This document shows positions 20,292 through 32,406 of a DNA stretch of 64,000 bases, in pieces. Position 1 is the first letter of the stretch, and every line of letters begins with the position of its first letter. Source of the stretch: Alphaproteobacteria bacterium (GTDB taxonomy: Bacteria; Pseudomonadota; Alphaproteobacteria; UBA7887); contig CBDCGL010000011.1 in NCBI GenBank assembly GCA_965216755.1, forward strand, positions 4,704,001-4,768,000, given 5' to 3'. The position numbers and the translations under genes were made by a program. The notes below the pieces were generated by a model that saw only the letters and a list, made by a program, of their open reading frames with translations, ran no database searches and was not told the DNA's origin.

Positions 20292-22459
20292 GCGGCGGGT
20301 TGCTTGGTCGCGGCGGCCGCGGCCGCCGCCCGGGCCTCGCGCCTTTTGCGCCGCGCGATCAGCGGCGGGCACAAGTGATTATCGTAGTAGTGCATTTGGC
20401 ATTCGAGGCAGTAGATGCATTCGCTGGGGTTGATTGCACCATTGGGATGAATCGATTGCACCGTGCACCGCGTTGCGCAAATGCCGCATTCCGCGCCGCA
20501 CTGTTTGCGCCGCTTTAGCCATTCGAACATGCGCAGGCGCGAGGGGATCGCGAGCGCCGCGCCGAGCGGGCACAAATAGCGGCAGAAAAAGCGTTCGATA
20601 AACAGCCCGGCGCACAGCAACAACGCGACATAAAGCAAGAACGGCCAGTGGCGCATGAATTTCAACGAGATGGCGGTCTTAAAGGGTTCAACTTCCGACG
20701 CCGTCACCGCCAATTCCATCGTGTTGAGCGATAACGCCAGCAGAATGAGAAAGAGGAGGTATTTCAACGGCCACAATCTTTCGTGTATGGAAAATCGTGG
20801 ACTGTACTGCGGCACGTTGAGGCGCCGCGCGACCATATTGGCAAGCTCCTGCAAGGCGCCGAACGGACATAGCCAGCCGCAATACACGCCGCGCCCCCAG
20901 AATAGAATCGTGACCGCCACAAAGCTCCACAGTATGAAAATCAAGGGTTCGAGCAAAAAGAATTCCCAGCGAAAATCCTCCATCAAGGCATGTATAAAGG
21001 TTAGTACGTTAATTATTGATAATTGCGCTCCGGCATACCAGCCAAGCCACAAGAGCGTGAACAGGAGAAACGATGTTCGAATTCCGGCGTGTAGTGCGGG
21101 ATGTCGGGAAACGGCATCCTGAAGGAAGAGAACGCCGGTCAGCGCCAACAAGGCGAGAATCAAAATCGAGATTCGGACCGGCTGATTTCGCCAGGCCTGA
21201 ATCCACAGCGGCGCATCGGCGGCGAAAAAGGCTGCCAAACTGAGCGCCGTCGTGTCGGCCTTTGGTGCCAAGATCAGCGTGTTGGGCAACTGGTACCGTA
21301 AGCCAAAGACAGCGCGCGCTGTTTCGCCATCGCTTTTCTTTCGCGATACGGTTAGGTCCAGGCGCCACGCATCCTCCGCGCGAAAGCCCGCGTCCGGCGG
21401 AATCGAAAACAACGCGATTTCGCGGAGCGGCGGCAGATTCGCGGCAACCAGGGACTCGAAGCCGCGGTGCCATTCCTTCTTAAGCACGATAGCGCGTTCG
21501 CCTTGCACCAGTTGAACGCGGTCAAATGTGCCGGACTTGACATAACCTGTGCCTTTGAACGAATAGAGTCCCCATCCGGCTATGACAACAAGATGACCCC
21601 CGATCGGCAATGCGTTGCGCGCTTTGGTGAAATCAGACGGTTCAAACAAGTTCTGGCCAATCGCCGCCGGCGTCGCCAGTCCGGCGTAAAGATCAATGAA
21701 CGTGTCGTCGGGATCAAAGTCCACAACGGCAGGCGCCCCGACCGCGGCCAGAGCTGCTTCAACGTCGCCACGTAAGAGATGGAGGTGACCGATCGCTCCG
21801 GAGGCGATGAGTGTCGGCCAGTCGGCCTCGCGAAAACCGTCCAGATCAATACGCGCCGCGCCGCCATGCGCCGTATCGATGACGCCGCGCGCCCGGGCAA
21901 CCAGCCGGGCCGCGCGAATGATCGCATCGTTCATGACCATGCTGCTTATGGTCGCGCCACTGATGCTGTCGATAGCGCTGGTCCCGGAACCGGCGGCCCC
22001 CAGCTTGGTAGGTTGGCGAATGTCGACGTGTTTGTACTGGGCCACAAAGTCGTGAAGGCTTTGTTCGGCGACGCCGATGATCAGTATCGGTTCTTGATGA
22101 TGCCGAATGAACGCGCCGGTGATCAGGCCTTGCGTGTCGAGGCCAACCAAAATGTCGAAAGGCTTGCCACCATAGCCCGCGGTCTCCGCCACCGCCAAGC
22201 TGGAAAACACGTATCCGAGCTGTTGGTCGCCGCGAGAGACCGTGTGCGCCGGTGGATCTCCGCTTGCCGGGCCAACCCGGTCGGCTCCGGGAAAGACTCG
22301 GTTGACAAGATCAATCGTTAGGTCACCCGACACAAGTTCGGCGGCGATGGCGAGTGGTGCAAATGGGATCAGGGTGCCCAGCACGACAAACACACACAAA
22401 CAGTGTCTGACGGTCCAAGCACGCCCTTGTCCGTTTGTCATATGGGACACGCTAGTCAC
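20288..22459 (-). CDS. nirI: NirI/NosR-family FMN-binding, Fe-S membrane protein
   Basis: FMN motif DSISGATISS, CGWLCPFG, CRYLCPLG, C-terminal Cys clusters; divergent from nirS as in Paracoccus. Confidence 0.85.
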   Translation of the reverse strand: MTSVSHMTNGQGRAWTVRHCLCVFVVLGTLIPFAPLAIAAELVSGDLTIDLVNRVFPGADRVGPASGDPPAHTVSRGDQQLGYVFSSLAVAETAGYGGKPFDILVGLDTQGLITGAFIRHHQEPILIIGVAEQSLHDFVAQYKHVDIRQPTKLGAAGSGTSAIDSISGATISSMVMNDAIIRAARLVARARGVIDTAHGGAARIDLDGFREADWPTLIASGAIGHLHLLRGDVEAALAAVGAPAVVDFDPDDTFIDLYAGLATPAAIGQNLFEPSDFTKARNALPIGGHLVVIAGWGLYSFKGTGYVKSGTFDRVQLVQGERAIVLKKEWHRGFESLVAANLPPLREIALFSIPPDAGFRAEDAWRLDLTVSRKKSDGETARAVFGLRYQLPNTLILAPKADTTALSLAAFFAADAPLWIQAWRNQPVRISILILALLALTGVLFLQDAVSRHPALHAGIRTSFLLFTLLWLGWYAGAQLSIINVLTFIHALMEDFRWEFFLLEPLIFILWSFVAVTILFWGRGVYCGWLCPFGALQELANMVARRLNVPQYSPRFSIHERLWPLKYLLFLILLALSLNTMELAVTASEVEPFKTAISLKFMRHWPFLLYVALLLCAGLFIERFFCRYLCPLGAALAIPSRLRMFEWLKRRKQCGAECGICATRCTVQSIHPNGAINPSECIYCLECQMHYYDNHLCPPLIARRKRREARAAAAAAATKQPAA

Positions 22460-22476
22460 TCAGGTACAGCGATCGT

Positions 22477-22490
22477 TTGACCGAGATCAA
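22477..22490. promoter_or_regulatory. FNR/DNR/NnrR-type box between nirI and nirS
   Basis: TTGAC-CGAG-ATCAA. Confidence 0.8.
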
Positions 22491-22641
22491 GGACGATAAC
22501 CACCCCCAATCCGATCCTTATGAGGCCGGGAGGATGCGTGAATAGGCGGTTTTGAACAAGGGCAGGTTGAACCCATATTTGGCATGGGCCGTTAAGGCTG
22601 CCGACCGACGCTGATTCCCTGATGGCTCGATCATGATCTGA

Positions 22642-24483
<1,842 letters not shown>

Positions 24484-24527
24484 ATGGCCCAACGCACAGC
24501 AGTCATGGCGCGCGCAAAAGGACTCCG

Positions 24528-25328
24528 ATGTTGGTGCGCATAGGTGAGCAACCACAGGTCCATCTAGTCGGTGCGGGCCCCGGTGACCCGGAGCTTCTGA
24601 CGCTCCGGGCGCATCGGTTGCTGCGGGAGGCCGACGTCGTTGTTTATGATCGTCTGGTGTCCACGGAGGTATTGGATCTGATACCAACGGGCACGGCGCG
24701 GATCTACGTTGGCAAAGCGTCCGGAAACCACACATTGCCCCAAGCCGAGATCAACACGCTGCTCGCCCGACTGGCGCGGGCCGGGCGGCGTGTGGTTCGA
24801 CTCAAAGGGGGGGATCCGTTCCTTTTCGGCCGCGGTGGTGAAGAGGCCGAAGATCTGGCACGGCTGGGCATTAGATGTGAGATCGTCCCAGGTGTGACCG
24901 CGGCAACCGGGTGTGCGGCGGCCGCCGGTATTCCACTCACTCATCGCGGCCTGGCGACCGGCGTACGCTTTGTGACCGGTCACTGTCGCGGTGAAGGCGC
25001 CCTGGAATTTGATTGGGATGGATTGGTCGATACGCAGACAACCTTGGTCGTCTATATGGGTTTGGCCACACTGCCCGAGCTGGTCCAGAAGCTGGTGGAG
25101 GCTGGGCGCGCCGCCGACACGCCGGTGGCCGCAATCTCTCACGGAACTTGGGAGAGCCAACGAGTCTGCATCGCCAGCTTGGCGACAATCGCCGATGCGG
25201 TTGTTGACGCCAACCTGTCGACTCCGGTTGTCTTCGTCATTGGCGAAGTCGTGCAAATGGCGCGCATTTTGGCACCCCATGACGCGATCCGCGACCGCGA
25301 TTCCGATGTGTCAAGGCATGGCACCTAA
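24528..25328 (+). CDS. nirE: Uroporphyrinogen-III C-methyltransferase
   Basis: LVGAGPGDPELLT, RLKGGDPFLFGRGGEE; follows nirS. Confidence 0.93.
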   Translation: MLVRIGEQPQVHLVGAGPGDPELLTLRAHRLLREADVVVYDRLVSTEVLDLIPTGTARIYVGKASGNHTLPQAEINTLLARLARAGRRVVRLKGGDPFLFGRGGEEAEDLARLGIRCEIVPGVTAATGCAAAAGIPLTHRGLATGVRFVTGHCRGEGALEFDWDGLVDTQTTLVVYMGLATLPELVQKLVEAGRAADTPVAAISHGTWESQRVCIASLATIADAVVDANLSTPVVFVIGEVVQMARILAPHDAIRDRDSDVSRHGT

Positions 25329-25377
25329 CGACCACCTTGTGGCGTTGATCTTACGATTTTCAGATCTTGTTTGCGAT

Positions 25378-25737
25378 ATGCGCCAATGGCTCGGACGAGT
25401 GGCGATGGCCTGTCCCATCGTCCTGTTGTCGATGTGGCCGACGTTCGTCGCCCTCGCGGCCGAACCCCAAATCCAAATCGACGAACATCGGGGCGACGCG
25501 CTTGTTTACCTTTTGCAGCAAGATTGCGGGTCTTGCCACGGCTTAACGCTAAAAGGTGGGCTCGGACCGCCGCTGTTGCCGCGAAACTTGGCCGACAAGG
25601 CAGACGAAACCCTGGTAAATATTGTGCTCAACGGCGTCCCAGGAACGCCGATGCCGCCGTGGGCTGGGCAACTTAGCCATGATGAGGCATTGTGGCTGAT
25701 CCGCCAGATGAAAGAGGGCAAGCTCGGTGTACGTTAA
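25378..25737 (+). CDS. nirC: Small c-type cytochrome
   Basis: QDCGSCHGLTLKGGLGP, G.PGTPMPPW; start uncertain (25318 or 25378). Confidence 0.9.
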   Translation: MRQWLGRVAMACPIVLLSMWPTFVALAAEPQIQIDEHRGDALVYLLQQDCGSCHGLTLKGGLGPPLLPRNLADKADETLVNIVLNGVPGTPMPPWAGQLSHDEALWLIRQMKEGKLGVR

Positions 25738-26929
25738 CAGAACCGCGTTGTCTCGCCGGGCAACAGCGTTCATATCAATGAGTTTGGCGTTGAGCCTGCT
25801 GGCATGCCAAACGCCGATGCGGGGCACCGGCGACCTTGGTGTGATAGTTGAGCGTGCGGCCGGTTCGGTGCGTATCATTGAAACCACGGACAAGAGCGTC
25901 GTTGCCAGAGTCGCTGGGCTCGGTGATCTTTCCCACGCTTCGGCCGTTTTTTCGCGCGACGCCCGCTATGCCTTCATTTTTGGACGGGATGGCGGCCTGA
26001 CAAAGATCGATTTGCTGACGGGCAAGGTTGTCGCGCGGATCATCCAGGCCGGCAACTCCATCGGTGGGGCAATTTCGCAAGACGGCCGGCTGGTTGCTGT
26101 ATCCAATTATGATCCGGGTGGCGTGCGTGTTTTTGACGCAAACACGCTTTCCCTGGTCGCCGACATTCCGGCGCAAGTCGAAGGATCCGCAGAGCGCTCG
26201 AAAGTGGTCGGGCTGGTTGACGTGCCTGGTGGCGCACGGTTTGCGTTCGCCCTTTACGACGCGGGCCAGATTTGGACCGTTGATTTGGCTGATCCTGAAA
26301 ATCCTACGATCATGCGGTTCTCGGATATTGGCGACCAACCGTATGACGGCTTGGTGACTCCCGACGGCCGTTACTACATAGCCGGATTGTTTGGTGAAGA
26401 CGGCATCGCTTTGCTGGACTTGTGGCGGCCGGACTTAGGCGTGCAACGAATTCTTGACGGTTATGGCCGTGGCGAGGAACCGCTGCCAGTATACAAAATG
26501 CCCCATCTGGAAGGATGGGCTGAGGCCGCGGGCGACCTGTTTTTGCCGGCTGTTGGTCGGCATGAGTTGTTGGTTGTCGCGCGCGACGGATGGCAGGAAG
26601 TCGATCGGATCGCAACGCACGGCCAGCCCATTTTTGCAGTGGCGCGACCCGATGGTCGGCAGATATGGGTCAACTTCGCACATCCACGAAATGAGGTTGT
26701 GCAGGTTTTCGATGTCGCCTCCCGCCAGCTTGTTAAGACCTTGCGGCCCGGCAAAGCGGTCTTACACATGGAGTTCACGCCGCGCGGCGAGCAGGTCTGG
26801 GTGTCGGTTCGCGATGCCGACAAGGTACGTGTGTACGATACCGAGAGTTTCGAGGAAATCTCGGTACTGCCCATGGACAAGCCAAGCGGAATATTTCTGA
26901 CCGCGCGCGCCCACCGGATCGGATTGTGA
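25727..26929 (+). CDS. nirF: Heme d1 biosynthesis protein NirF
   Basis: RGTGDLG..VER, DLSHAS, LPVYKMPHLEGW, PSGIF.T.RAHRIGL. Confidence 0.95.
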   Translation: MYVNRTALSRRATAFISMSLALSLLACQTPMRGTGDLGVIVERAAGSVRIIETTDKSVVARVAGLGDLSHASAVFSRDARYAFIFGRDGGLTKIDLLTGKVVARIIQAGNSIGGAISQDGRLVAVSNYDPGGVRVFDANTLSLVADIPAQVEGSAERSKVVGLVDVPGGARFAFALYDAGQIWTVDLADPENPTIMRFSDIGDQPYDGLVTPDGRYYIAGLFGEDGIALLDLWRPDLGVQRILDGYGRGEEPLPVYKMPHLEGWAEAAGDLFLPAVGRHELLVVARDGWQEVDRIATHGQPIFAVARPDGRQIWVNFAHPRNEVVQVFDVASRQLVKTLRPGKAVLHMEFTPRGEQVWVSVRDADKVRVYDTESFEEISVLPMDKPSGIFLTARAHRIGL

Positions 26930-27405
26930 ACGCTGCTGGAGGCGCGATGTCAGACCTTGGACCACTAGAGCGGCAATTGCTCGATCGGTTTCAGCGCGAT
27001 TTTCCACTCGATCCACGCCCCTATCGTGTCATCGCGCAATCGCTTGGCTGCTCGGAGAGCCAGGTATTGGACAGTTTGCGCGTCTTGTCCGGCCGCGGCG
27101 TCGTCAGTCGTGTTGGTGCGGCCATTCGCACCGGTGCGGTCGGCGCCAGCACATTGGCGGCGATGGCGGTTCCGGCGGAAGACTTGGCGCGGGTCGCCGA
27201 AATTGTGTCGTCCTATGACGAAGTCAATCACAACTATGAACGCGACCACCGGCTCAATCTGTGGTTCGTGGTCACGGCCGCGGATCGCCCCCGTGTCGAC
27301 GACGTGCTGCGTGACATCGGTCGCCGGACCGGGCTAGAGCCGCTAGACTTGCCCATGCTGGATCGGTATCGGATCGATTTAGGGTTTCCGCTGCAATGGA
27401 TATGA
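26926..27405 (+). CDS. nirD: Siroheme decarboxylase subunit (AhbA-like)
   Basis: Lrp/AsnC-like fold, VNHNYER; position in operon. Confidence 0.85.
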   Translation: MNAAGGAMSDLGPLERQLLDRFQRDFPLDPRPYRVIAQSLGCSESQVLDSLRVLSGRGVVSRVGAAIRTGAVGASTLAAMAVPAEDLARVAEIVSSYDEVNHNYERDHRLNLWFVVTAADRPRVDDVLRDIGRRTGLEPLDLPMLDRYRIDLGFPLQWI

Positions 27406-27893
27406 CCGCGATCGACGAACGCCTGCTCGACGCGTTGGCCGACGGCCTGCCATTTGTTGAACGGCCCTATGCGGCACTGGGCAATATGATCGGCGTTGGC
27501 GAGGCGGAGGCGATCGCGCGCATCCGCCGACTGATCGAAGATGATGTAATTTCGCGGTTTGGAATCATCGTTCGGCATCACAGCCTTGGCTATAACGCCA
27601 ATGGCATGGTGGTATGGGATGTACCCGACGATCGGGTCGCGGCCGTGGGCCGCCAAATGGCCGACTGTGCTGGCGTGACACTTTGTTATCGACGGCCGCG
27701 GCGCGACCCAGAGTTTCCCTACAATCTTTATTGTATGATTCATGGTCGCGATCAGCGGACGGTCCGGGACTTGACGCGGCAAGTCGCCGCGACGTGTAAT
27801 TTGCATGACATCCGCCGGGAGATTCTGTTCAGTCGGTCCTGCTTTAAGCAACGCGGCGCGCGTTACCGACTTGCCACGAAAGCGACGGTCTAA
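27396..27893 (+). CDS. nirL: Siroheme decarboxylase subunit (AhbB-like)
   Basis: LGY.ANGMVVWDV, CYRRPR, FKQRGARY. Confidence 0.85.
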   Translation: MDMTAIDERLLDALADGLPFVERPYAALGNMIGVGEAEAIARIRRLIEDDVISRFGIIVRHHSLGYNANGMVVWDVPDDRVAAVGRQMADCAGVTLCYRRPRRDPEFPYNLYCMIHGRDQRTVRDLTRQVAATCNLHDIRREILFSRSCFKQRGARYRLATKATV

Positions 27894-28336
27894 TGGACGC
27901 GCTCGATCGAAAAATCATCAACAGTCTGCAGGGTGGATTTCCGCTTACACCGACCCCCTTTGCCGATGCCGCAGCGACGCTGGGAACGGATGAAGCGACC
28001 TTGATTGCGCGTATCGAACGGCTGCACGCGGACCAAACAATCAGCCGCTTTGGCCCCATGTACAATGCCGAACGATTGGGCGGCGAACTGACATTGTGCG
28101 CCATGAGCGTGCCGGCCGAATCGTGGAGTCGAGTTGTCGAGATCGTCAATAGCTTCGATGAAGTGGCGCATAATTATGAGCGTACTCACGAATACAATAT
28201 GTGGTTTGTAATCGCCACTGCGCATGTTGGTCGCGCCGACGAAGCCATTGCTGAAATCGAAGCCGCCACGGGGCTTCAAATTGTCAATTTACCCAAGGAA
28301 GAAGAGTTTTTCATTGGGCTGAGGTTGGCGGTATGA
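27893..28336 (+). CDS. nirG: Siroheme decarboxylase subunit (AhbA-like)
   Basis: RFGPMYNAERLGG, VAHNYER, LPKEEEFF. Confidence 0.87.
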   Translation: MDALDRKIINSLQGGFPLTPTPFADAAATLGTDEATLIARIERLHADQTISRFGPMYNAERLGGELTLCAMSVPAESWSRVVEIVNSFDEVAHNYERTHEYNMWFVIATAHVGRADEAIAEIEAATGLQIVNLPKEEEFFIGLRLAV

Positions 28337-28848
28337 CACAGCCTGCGGTGACGCGCGACTGCGGTCCGGATATCGTCGATGCCGTCGACCGGCGGATTAT
28401 CGCCGCGACACAACGCGGCCTGCCATTGTGCGCGCGACCCTTTGATGCGGTCGCGGCGGAAATCGGTCTCGCTACTGAAGAGGTATTGGACCGTATGCGG
28501 CGCATGCTGGCGACCGGTGTCATACGACGGGTTGGCATCGTCCCAAATCACTATGCGTTGGGCTATCGCTTTAACGGCATGAGCGTATGGGATGTTGATG
28601 ACAGAGCGCTGCCGGCACTGGGGCGTCGAGTCGGCGCCTTGGATTTTGTCACACATTGCTATCGGCGCCCGCGCCGGCTGCCCGTGTGGCGTTACAACTT
28701 GTTTGCCATGGTGCACGGACGCACGCGCGGGGACGTCGAAGACAAAGTGGCGCGGATTCAGACACTGCTGGGCGCGGCTGCACGGGCCCATGATGTATTG
28801 TACAGCAGGAAGATTCTGAAAAAGACGGGTCTTCGTGTGCGTGGGTAA
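28333..28848 (+). CDS. nirH: Siroheme decarboxylase subunit (AhbB-like)
   Basis: PNHYALGY..NGMSVWDV, HCYRRPR, ILKKTGLR. Confidence 0.9.
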   Translation: MTQPAVTRDCGPDIVDAVDRRIIAATQRGLPLCARPFDAVAAEIGLATEEVLDRMRRMLATGVIRRVGIVPNHYALGYRFNGMSVWDVDDRALPALGRRVGALDFVTHCYRRPRRLPVWRYNLFAMVHGRTRGDVEDKVARIQTLLGAAARAHDVLYSRKILKKTGLRVRG

Positions 28849-28862
28849 GGAGGTCGCGGCAA

Positions 28863-30068
28863 ATGTTTCGTTTGTCCCAATTCGTGCGCGAGGTTTTTGA
28901 ACCGACTCCAAGCCGTCGCACGAACGGTCCGGCCGGACCGGTTGTCATTTGGAATTTGATTCGGCGATGTAATTTGCTTTGCAAACATTGCTATTCCATT
29001 TCGGCGGACAAGGATTTCCCCGGTGAGCTGACGACCGACGAAGTCTATGCGGTCATGGATGACCTGGCGGCATTTGGTGTGCCGGTCCTCATTCTATCGG
29101 GCGGGGAACCGCTTTTGCGCCCCGACATCTTCACCATATCGCGACGCGCCAAGGAGATAGGCTTTTATGTCGGTCTGTCGACCAACGGCACACTGATCGA
29201 CGCGACGAACATCGGCGAGATCGCTGCCGTCGACTACAACTATGTCGGCATCAGTATCGATGGCCTTCGTGCCACGCACGACAAGTTTCGTCGCCGCGAC
29301 GGGGCGTTTGATGCATCCATGCGCGGTGTGCGCTTGTGCCGCGATGCAGGTATCAAGGTCGGATTGCGATTCACCATGACGCAAGATAATGCCCATGAAC
29401 TAAGCGCATTGCTGGATCTCATGCGCACAGAGCGCGTGGACAAATTCTATCTTTCGCACTTGAATTACGCCGGGCGCGGCAACCACAACAGAAAGGATGA
29501 CGCCGTCTTTCAGGCGACGCGTGACGCCATGGACTTGCTGATCGAGACAAGTATGGAGGATGTGCGCCAAGGATATCGACGCGAGCTCGTCACCGGCAAC
29601 AACGACGCGGACGGCGTCTACTTGTTGCGGTGGGTCGAGTCGCATTTTCCGGAGCGAGCGGCGCGCATTCGGGACAAGCTGGTGGCATGGGGCGGCAATG
29701 CGTCGGGCGTGAACGTGGCCAACATCGACAATATCGGTGAGGTCCATCCCGATACGATGTGGTGGCACTATAGCCTCGGAAATGTGCGCAAGCGGCCGTT
29801 TTCCGAGATCTGGCCGGACACGACCGACCCGCTGATGGCGGGCCTGAAGGTTCGCCCGCGATCGGTGCACGGTCGTTGCGGTAAGTGCGCGTACCTTAGA
29901 ATATGTGGCGGAAATACGCGCGTGCGGGCGGAGCAGATTGCCGGAGATCCATGGGCAGAAGACCCGGGCTGCTATTTGACCAACGCTGAGATCGGCGTCG
30001 CCGAACATGGTGAACGCCTGACGACGACACCCTTTGCGGCGTCGCACGGTCGGCGCCGTATCGCTTGA
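28863..30068 (+). CDS. nirJ: Radical SAM heme d1 biosynthesis protein
   Basis: MFRLSQF, PVVIWNLIRRCNLLCKHCY, C-terminal SPASM Cys cluster. Confidence 0.96.
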   Translation: MFRLSQFVREVFEPTPSRRTNGPAGPVVIWNLIRRCNLLCKHCYSISADKDFPGELTTDEVYAVMDDLAAFGVPVLILSGGEPLLRPDIFTISRRAKEIGFYVGLSTNGTLIDATNIGEIAAVDYNYVGISIDGLRATHDKFRRRDGAFDASMRGVRLCRDAGIKVGLRFTMTQDNAHELSALLDLMRTERVDKFYLSHLNYAGRGNHNRKDDAVFQATRDAMDLLIETSMEDVRQGYRRELVTGNNDADGVYLLRWVESHFPERAARIRDKLVAWGGNASGVNVANIDNIGEVHPDTMWWHYSLGNVRKRPFSEIWPDTTDPLMAGLKVRPRSVHGRCGKCAYLRICGGNTRVRAEQIAGDPWAEDPGCYLTNAEIGVAEHGERLTTTPFAASHGRRRIA

Positions 30069-31621
30069 TGCAGTTGACCAGGTTCTGTGTCGGTGTGTTT
30101 TTGTCGCTGTCTGTTGCGTCAAACGTGGCGCACGGTCAGACGGTATACGAACGCCATTGTGCGGCGTGCCACGGTGTTGATCGTTTGGGCGGCAGCGGTC
30201 CCGCCCTGTTGCCGGAAAACTTGCGGCGGTTGAAACGTGATCAAGCCCACGCCGTCATTCGTGACGGACGACCGGCAACGCAGATGCCGGGGTTTGGCGA
30301 GGATCTAGCCGCGCTGGATATCGAAGCGCTGGTTGAACTCATTTTCACGCCATTGCCAACGGCGCCGGTTTGGGGTGAAGAAGAGATAGCCGACAGCCAC
30401 GTTGTACATGTCGGCCGGGGCGCCTTGGTGGACAAGCCGACCCACGCAGCGGATCCGCTGAACTTGTTCACGGTGGTTGAAGCGGGCGACCATCATGTAA
30501 CGATATTGGACGGCGATACGTTCACGTCCCTCGTGCGGTTCCCGAGTCGTTTTGCACTGCATGGCGGCGCAAAATATTCACCGGACGGGCGCTTCGTGTA
30601 TCTCGCTTCGCGCGATGGCTGGATCAGCAAATACGATCTGTGGGGATTCGAACTTGTGGCCGAAATACGAGCAGGGATCAACACCCGCAATGCCGCCGTC
30701 TCCGGGGACGGGCGTTTTGTTGCCGTGGGCAACTATTTGCCGCACAGCGTGGTCATACTGGATGCTGCGGATTTGTCACTCCTCAAGATTGTTGATGCGG
30801 TTGGTGTTCGCGGCCAGACCTCCCGTGTCAGTGCAGTTTATGCCGCACCACCGCGCGATAGCTTTGTTGTCGCGCTGAAGGATGTGCCGGAGATCTGGGA
30901 AATCGCGACGAGCGAAGACGCCGGGCCTTTTTATGCCGGATTGGTACATTCTTTTGAACAAGGCATGGAGGAGGGCCTGGCGGCCGAGTCCGGCCTGTTC
31001 GCCGTGCGCCGGATCGTACTGGATGACTATCTGGACGATTTCTTTTTTGATGCAAAGTATCAACACGTTGTCGGCGCGGCGCGCAATGCGAAGAACGGAC
31101 AAGTCGTCAATTTGATTGTCGGGCGAAAGATTGCTGAGCTGAGTTTAGGTGGTATGCCGCATTTGGGGTCGGGAATCTACTGGCAGCAAGGCGGCCGTGA
31201 CGTGATGGCGACGCCTCATCTGGGTGAGGGCGTGATCAGCGTTATTGATATGAAGGAATGGCGGACCATCAAGTCCATTGAGACGCTCGGTCCGGGGTTT
31301 TTTATGCGCAGTCATCCATCCACGCCGTATCTCTGGGCAGACGTGTTTTTTGGACCCGACAAGGATGCCGTCCATGTCATTGATAAAGAGTCGCTGGCGA
31401 TTGTTGAGACATTGCGCCCGGAGCCCGGTAAGACGGCCGCCCACGTCGAGTTTACGCGCGACGGCCGGTTTGCTTTGGTGAGCGTGTGGGACAATGATGG
31501 AGCACTTGTTGTTTACGACGCCGCCACGCTTGAGATCGTCAAACGCATTCCGATGAACAAACCGGTCGGCAAATACAACGTGTTTAACAAAATCGGTTTT
31601 GTTGCCGGGACAAGCCACTAA
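30065..31621 (+). CDS. nirN: Dihydro-heme d1 dehydrogenase
   Basis: CAACHG.DRLGG.GPALLP, ALHGGAKY, MPHLGSG, KPVGKYNV. Confidence 0.93.
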   Translation: MMQLTRFCVGVFLSLSVASNVAHGQTVYERHCAACHGVDRLGGSGPALLPENLRRLKRDQAHAVIRDGRPATQMPGFGEDLAALDIEALVELIFTPLPTAPVWGEEEIADSHVVHVGRGALVDKPTHAADPLNLFTVVEAGDHHVTILDGDTFTSLVRFPSRFALHGGAKYSPDGRFVYLASRDGWISKYDLWGFELVAEIRAGINTRNAAVSGDGRFVAVGNYLPHSVVILDAADLSLLKIVDAVGVRGQTSRVSAVYAAPPRDSFVVALKDVPEIWEIATSEDAGPFYAGLVHSFEQGMEEGLAAESGLFAVRRIVLDDYLDDFFFDAKYQHVVGAARNAKNGQVVNLIVGRKIAELSLGGMPHLGSGIYWQQGGRDVMATPHLGEGVISVIDMKEWRTIKSIETLGPGFFMRSHPSTPYLWADVFFGPDKDAVHVIDKESLAIVETLRPEPGKTAAHVEFTRDGRFALVSVWDNDGALVVYDAATLEIVKRIPMNKPVGKYNVFNKIGFVAGTSH

Positions 31622-31622
31622 C

Positions 31623-32402
31623 ATGACTCGTTTCGCACGAACTTGGGCCGATGCGGCGTTGGTTTTGGTAGGTCACGGGTCGAGTGAATCGGATGAAGCC
31701 GCCCGCATTGTTGAAGGTCAGGCGCTGCAGCTCCAACAACGCACGCCATTTCGCCATGTGCAATGTGCCTTTCTGAAGGCGGATCCGACGATCTCCGTCG
31801 TGATCGATAGGTTGCAAACGAACCACGTATACATCGTGCCGATGATGATGGACGAGGGGCCACTTGCCGTGGACGTGTTGCCCAAGCTGGTGCGCGCATC
31901 GGCATCCGACGGCCAGACCGCTGGCGGGGATGTTGCGCGGCAGATCGACGTTTGTCGGCCTATCGGTGTTCACGCGGGCATAAGTGAAATCATCGCCGAA
32001 CGCGCCAAGGGTGCATGTCGAGCCGCCTGTTTGTCGCCAACCGGTACTGAGGTCATGGTGGTTGGACATGGTCACGCGACGGATGGTCGCGCTGGCCGCG
32101 CATTGCACGCGCACGTTGCGCGCTTGGACAGCCGGGAGCTGTTCCGATGCGTGTCTGTAGCGTTTCTTGAAACGGACCCGACGTTTGCCGATGTTCTGGC
32201 GCGCGCGGTTGGGCCGACGGTTGTGGTGGCCGCCCTGCTCGGCGGCGGCGCGCATGTCGGCCAAGACGTGGCCGCGAAAATTCGCGGGGCGCGGCAGCGG
32301 CGATCTTCTGTCTGTTTCGCGGGCGCGATCGGCGACGATCCGCGGATTGCGGAAATCGTGATCGACCAGGTGCGCGCCTACGATCGTCACGTCGCTGCTT
32401 GA
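31623..32402 (+). CDS. cbiX: CbiX/SirB-type sirohydrochlorin chelatase
   Basis: Two-domain VGHGS ... VGHG, AFLE, G.HV; would supply siroheme for heme d1. Confidence 0.75.
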   Translation: MTRFARTWADAALVLVGHGSSESDEAARIVEGQALQLQQRTPFRHVQCAFLKADPTISVVIDRLQTNHVYIVPMMMDEGPLAVDVLPKLVRASASDGQTAGGDVARQIDVCRPIGVHAGISEIIAERAKGACRAACLSPTGTEVMVVGHGHATDGRAGRALHAHVARLDSRELFRCVSVAFLETDPTFADVLARAVGPTVVVAALLGGGAHVGQDVAAKIRGARQRRSSVCFAGAIGDDPRIAEIVIDQVRAYDRHVAA

Positions 32403-32406
32403 TCCC

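Noticed and set aside
20288-22459. nosR implying a nitrous oxide reductase cluster
   Set aside because: No nosZDFYL in the window; divergent position to nirS matches nirI
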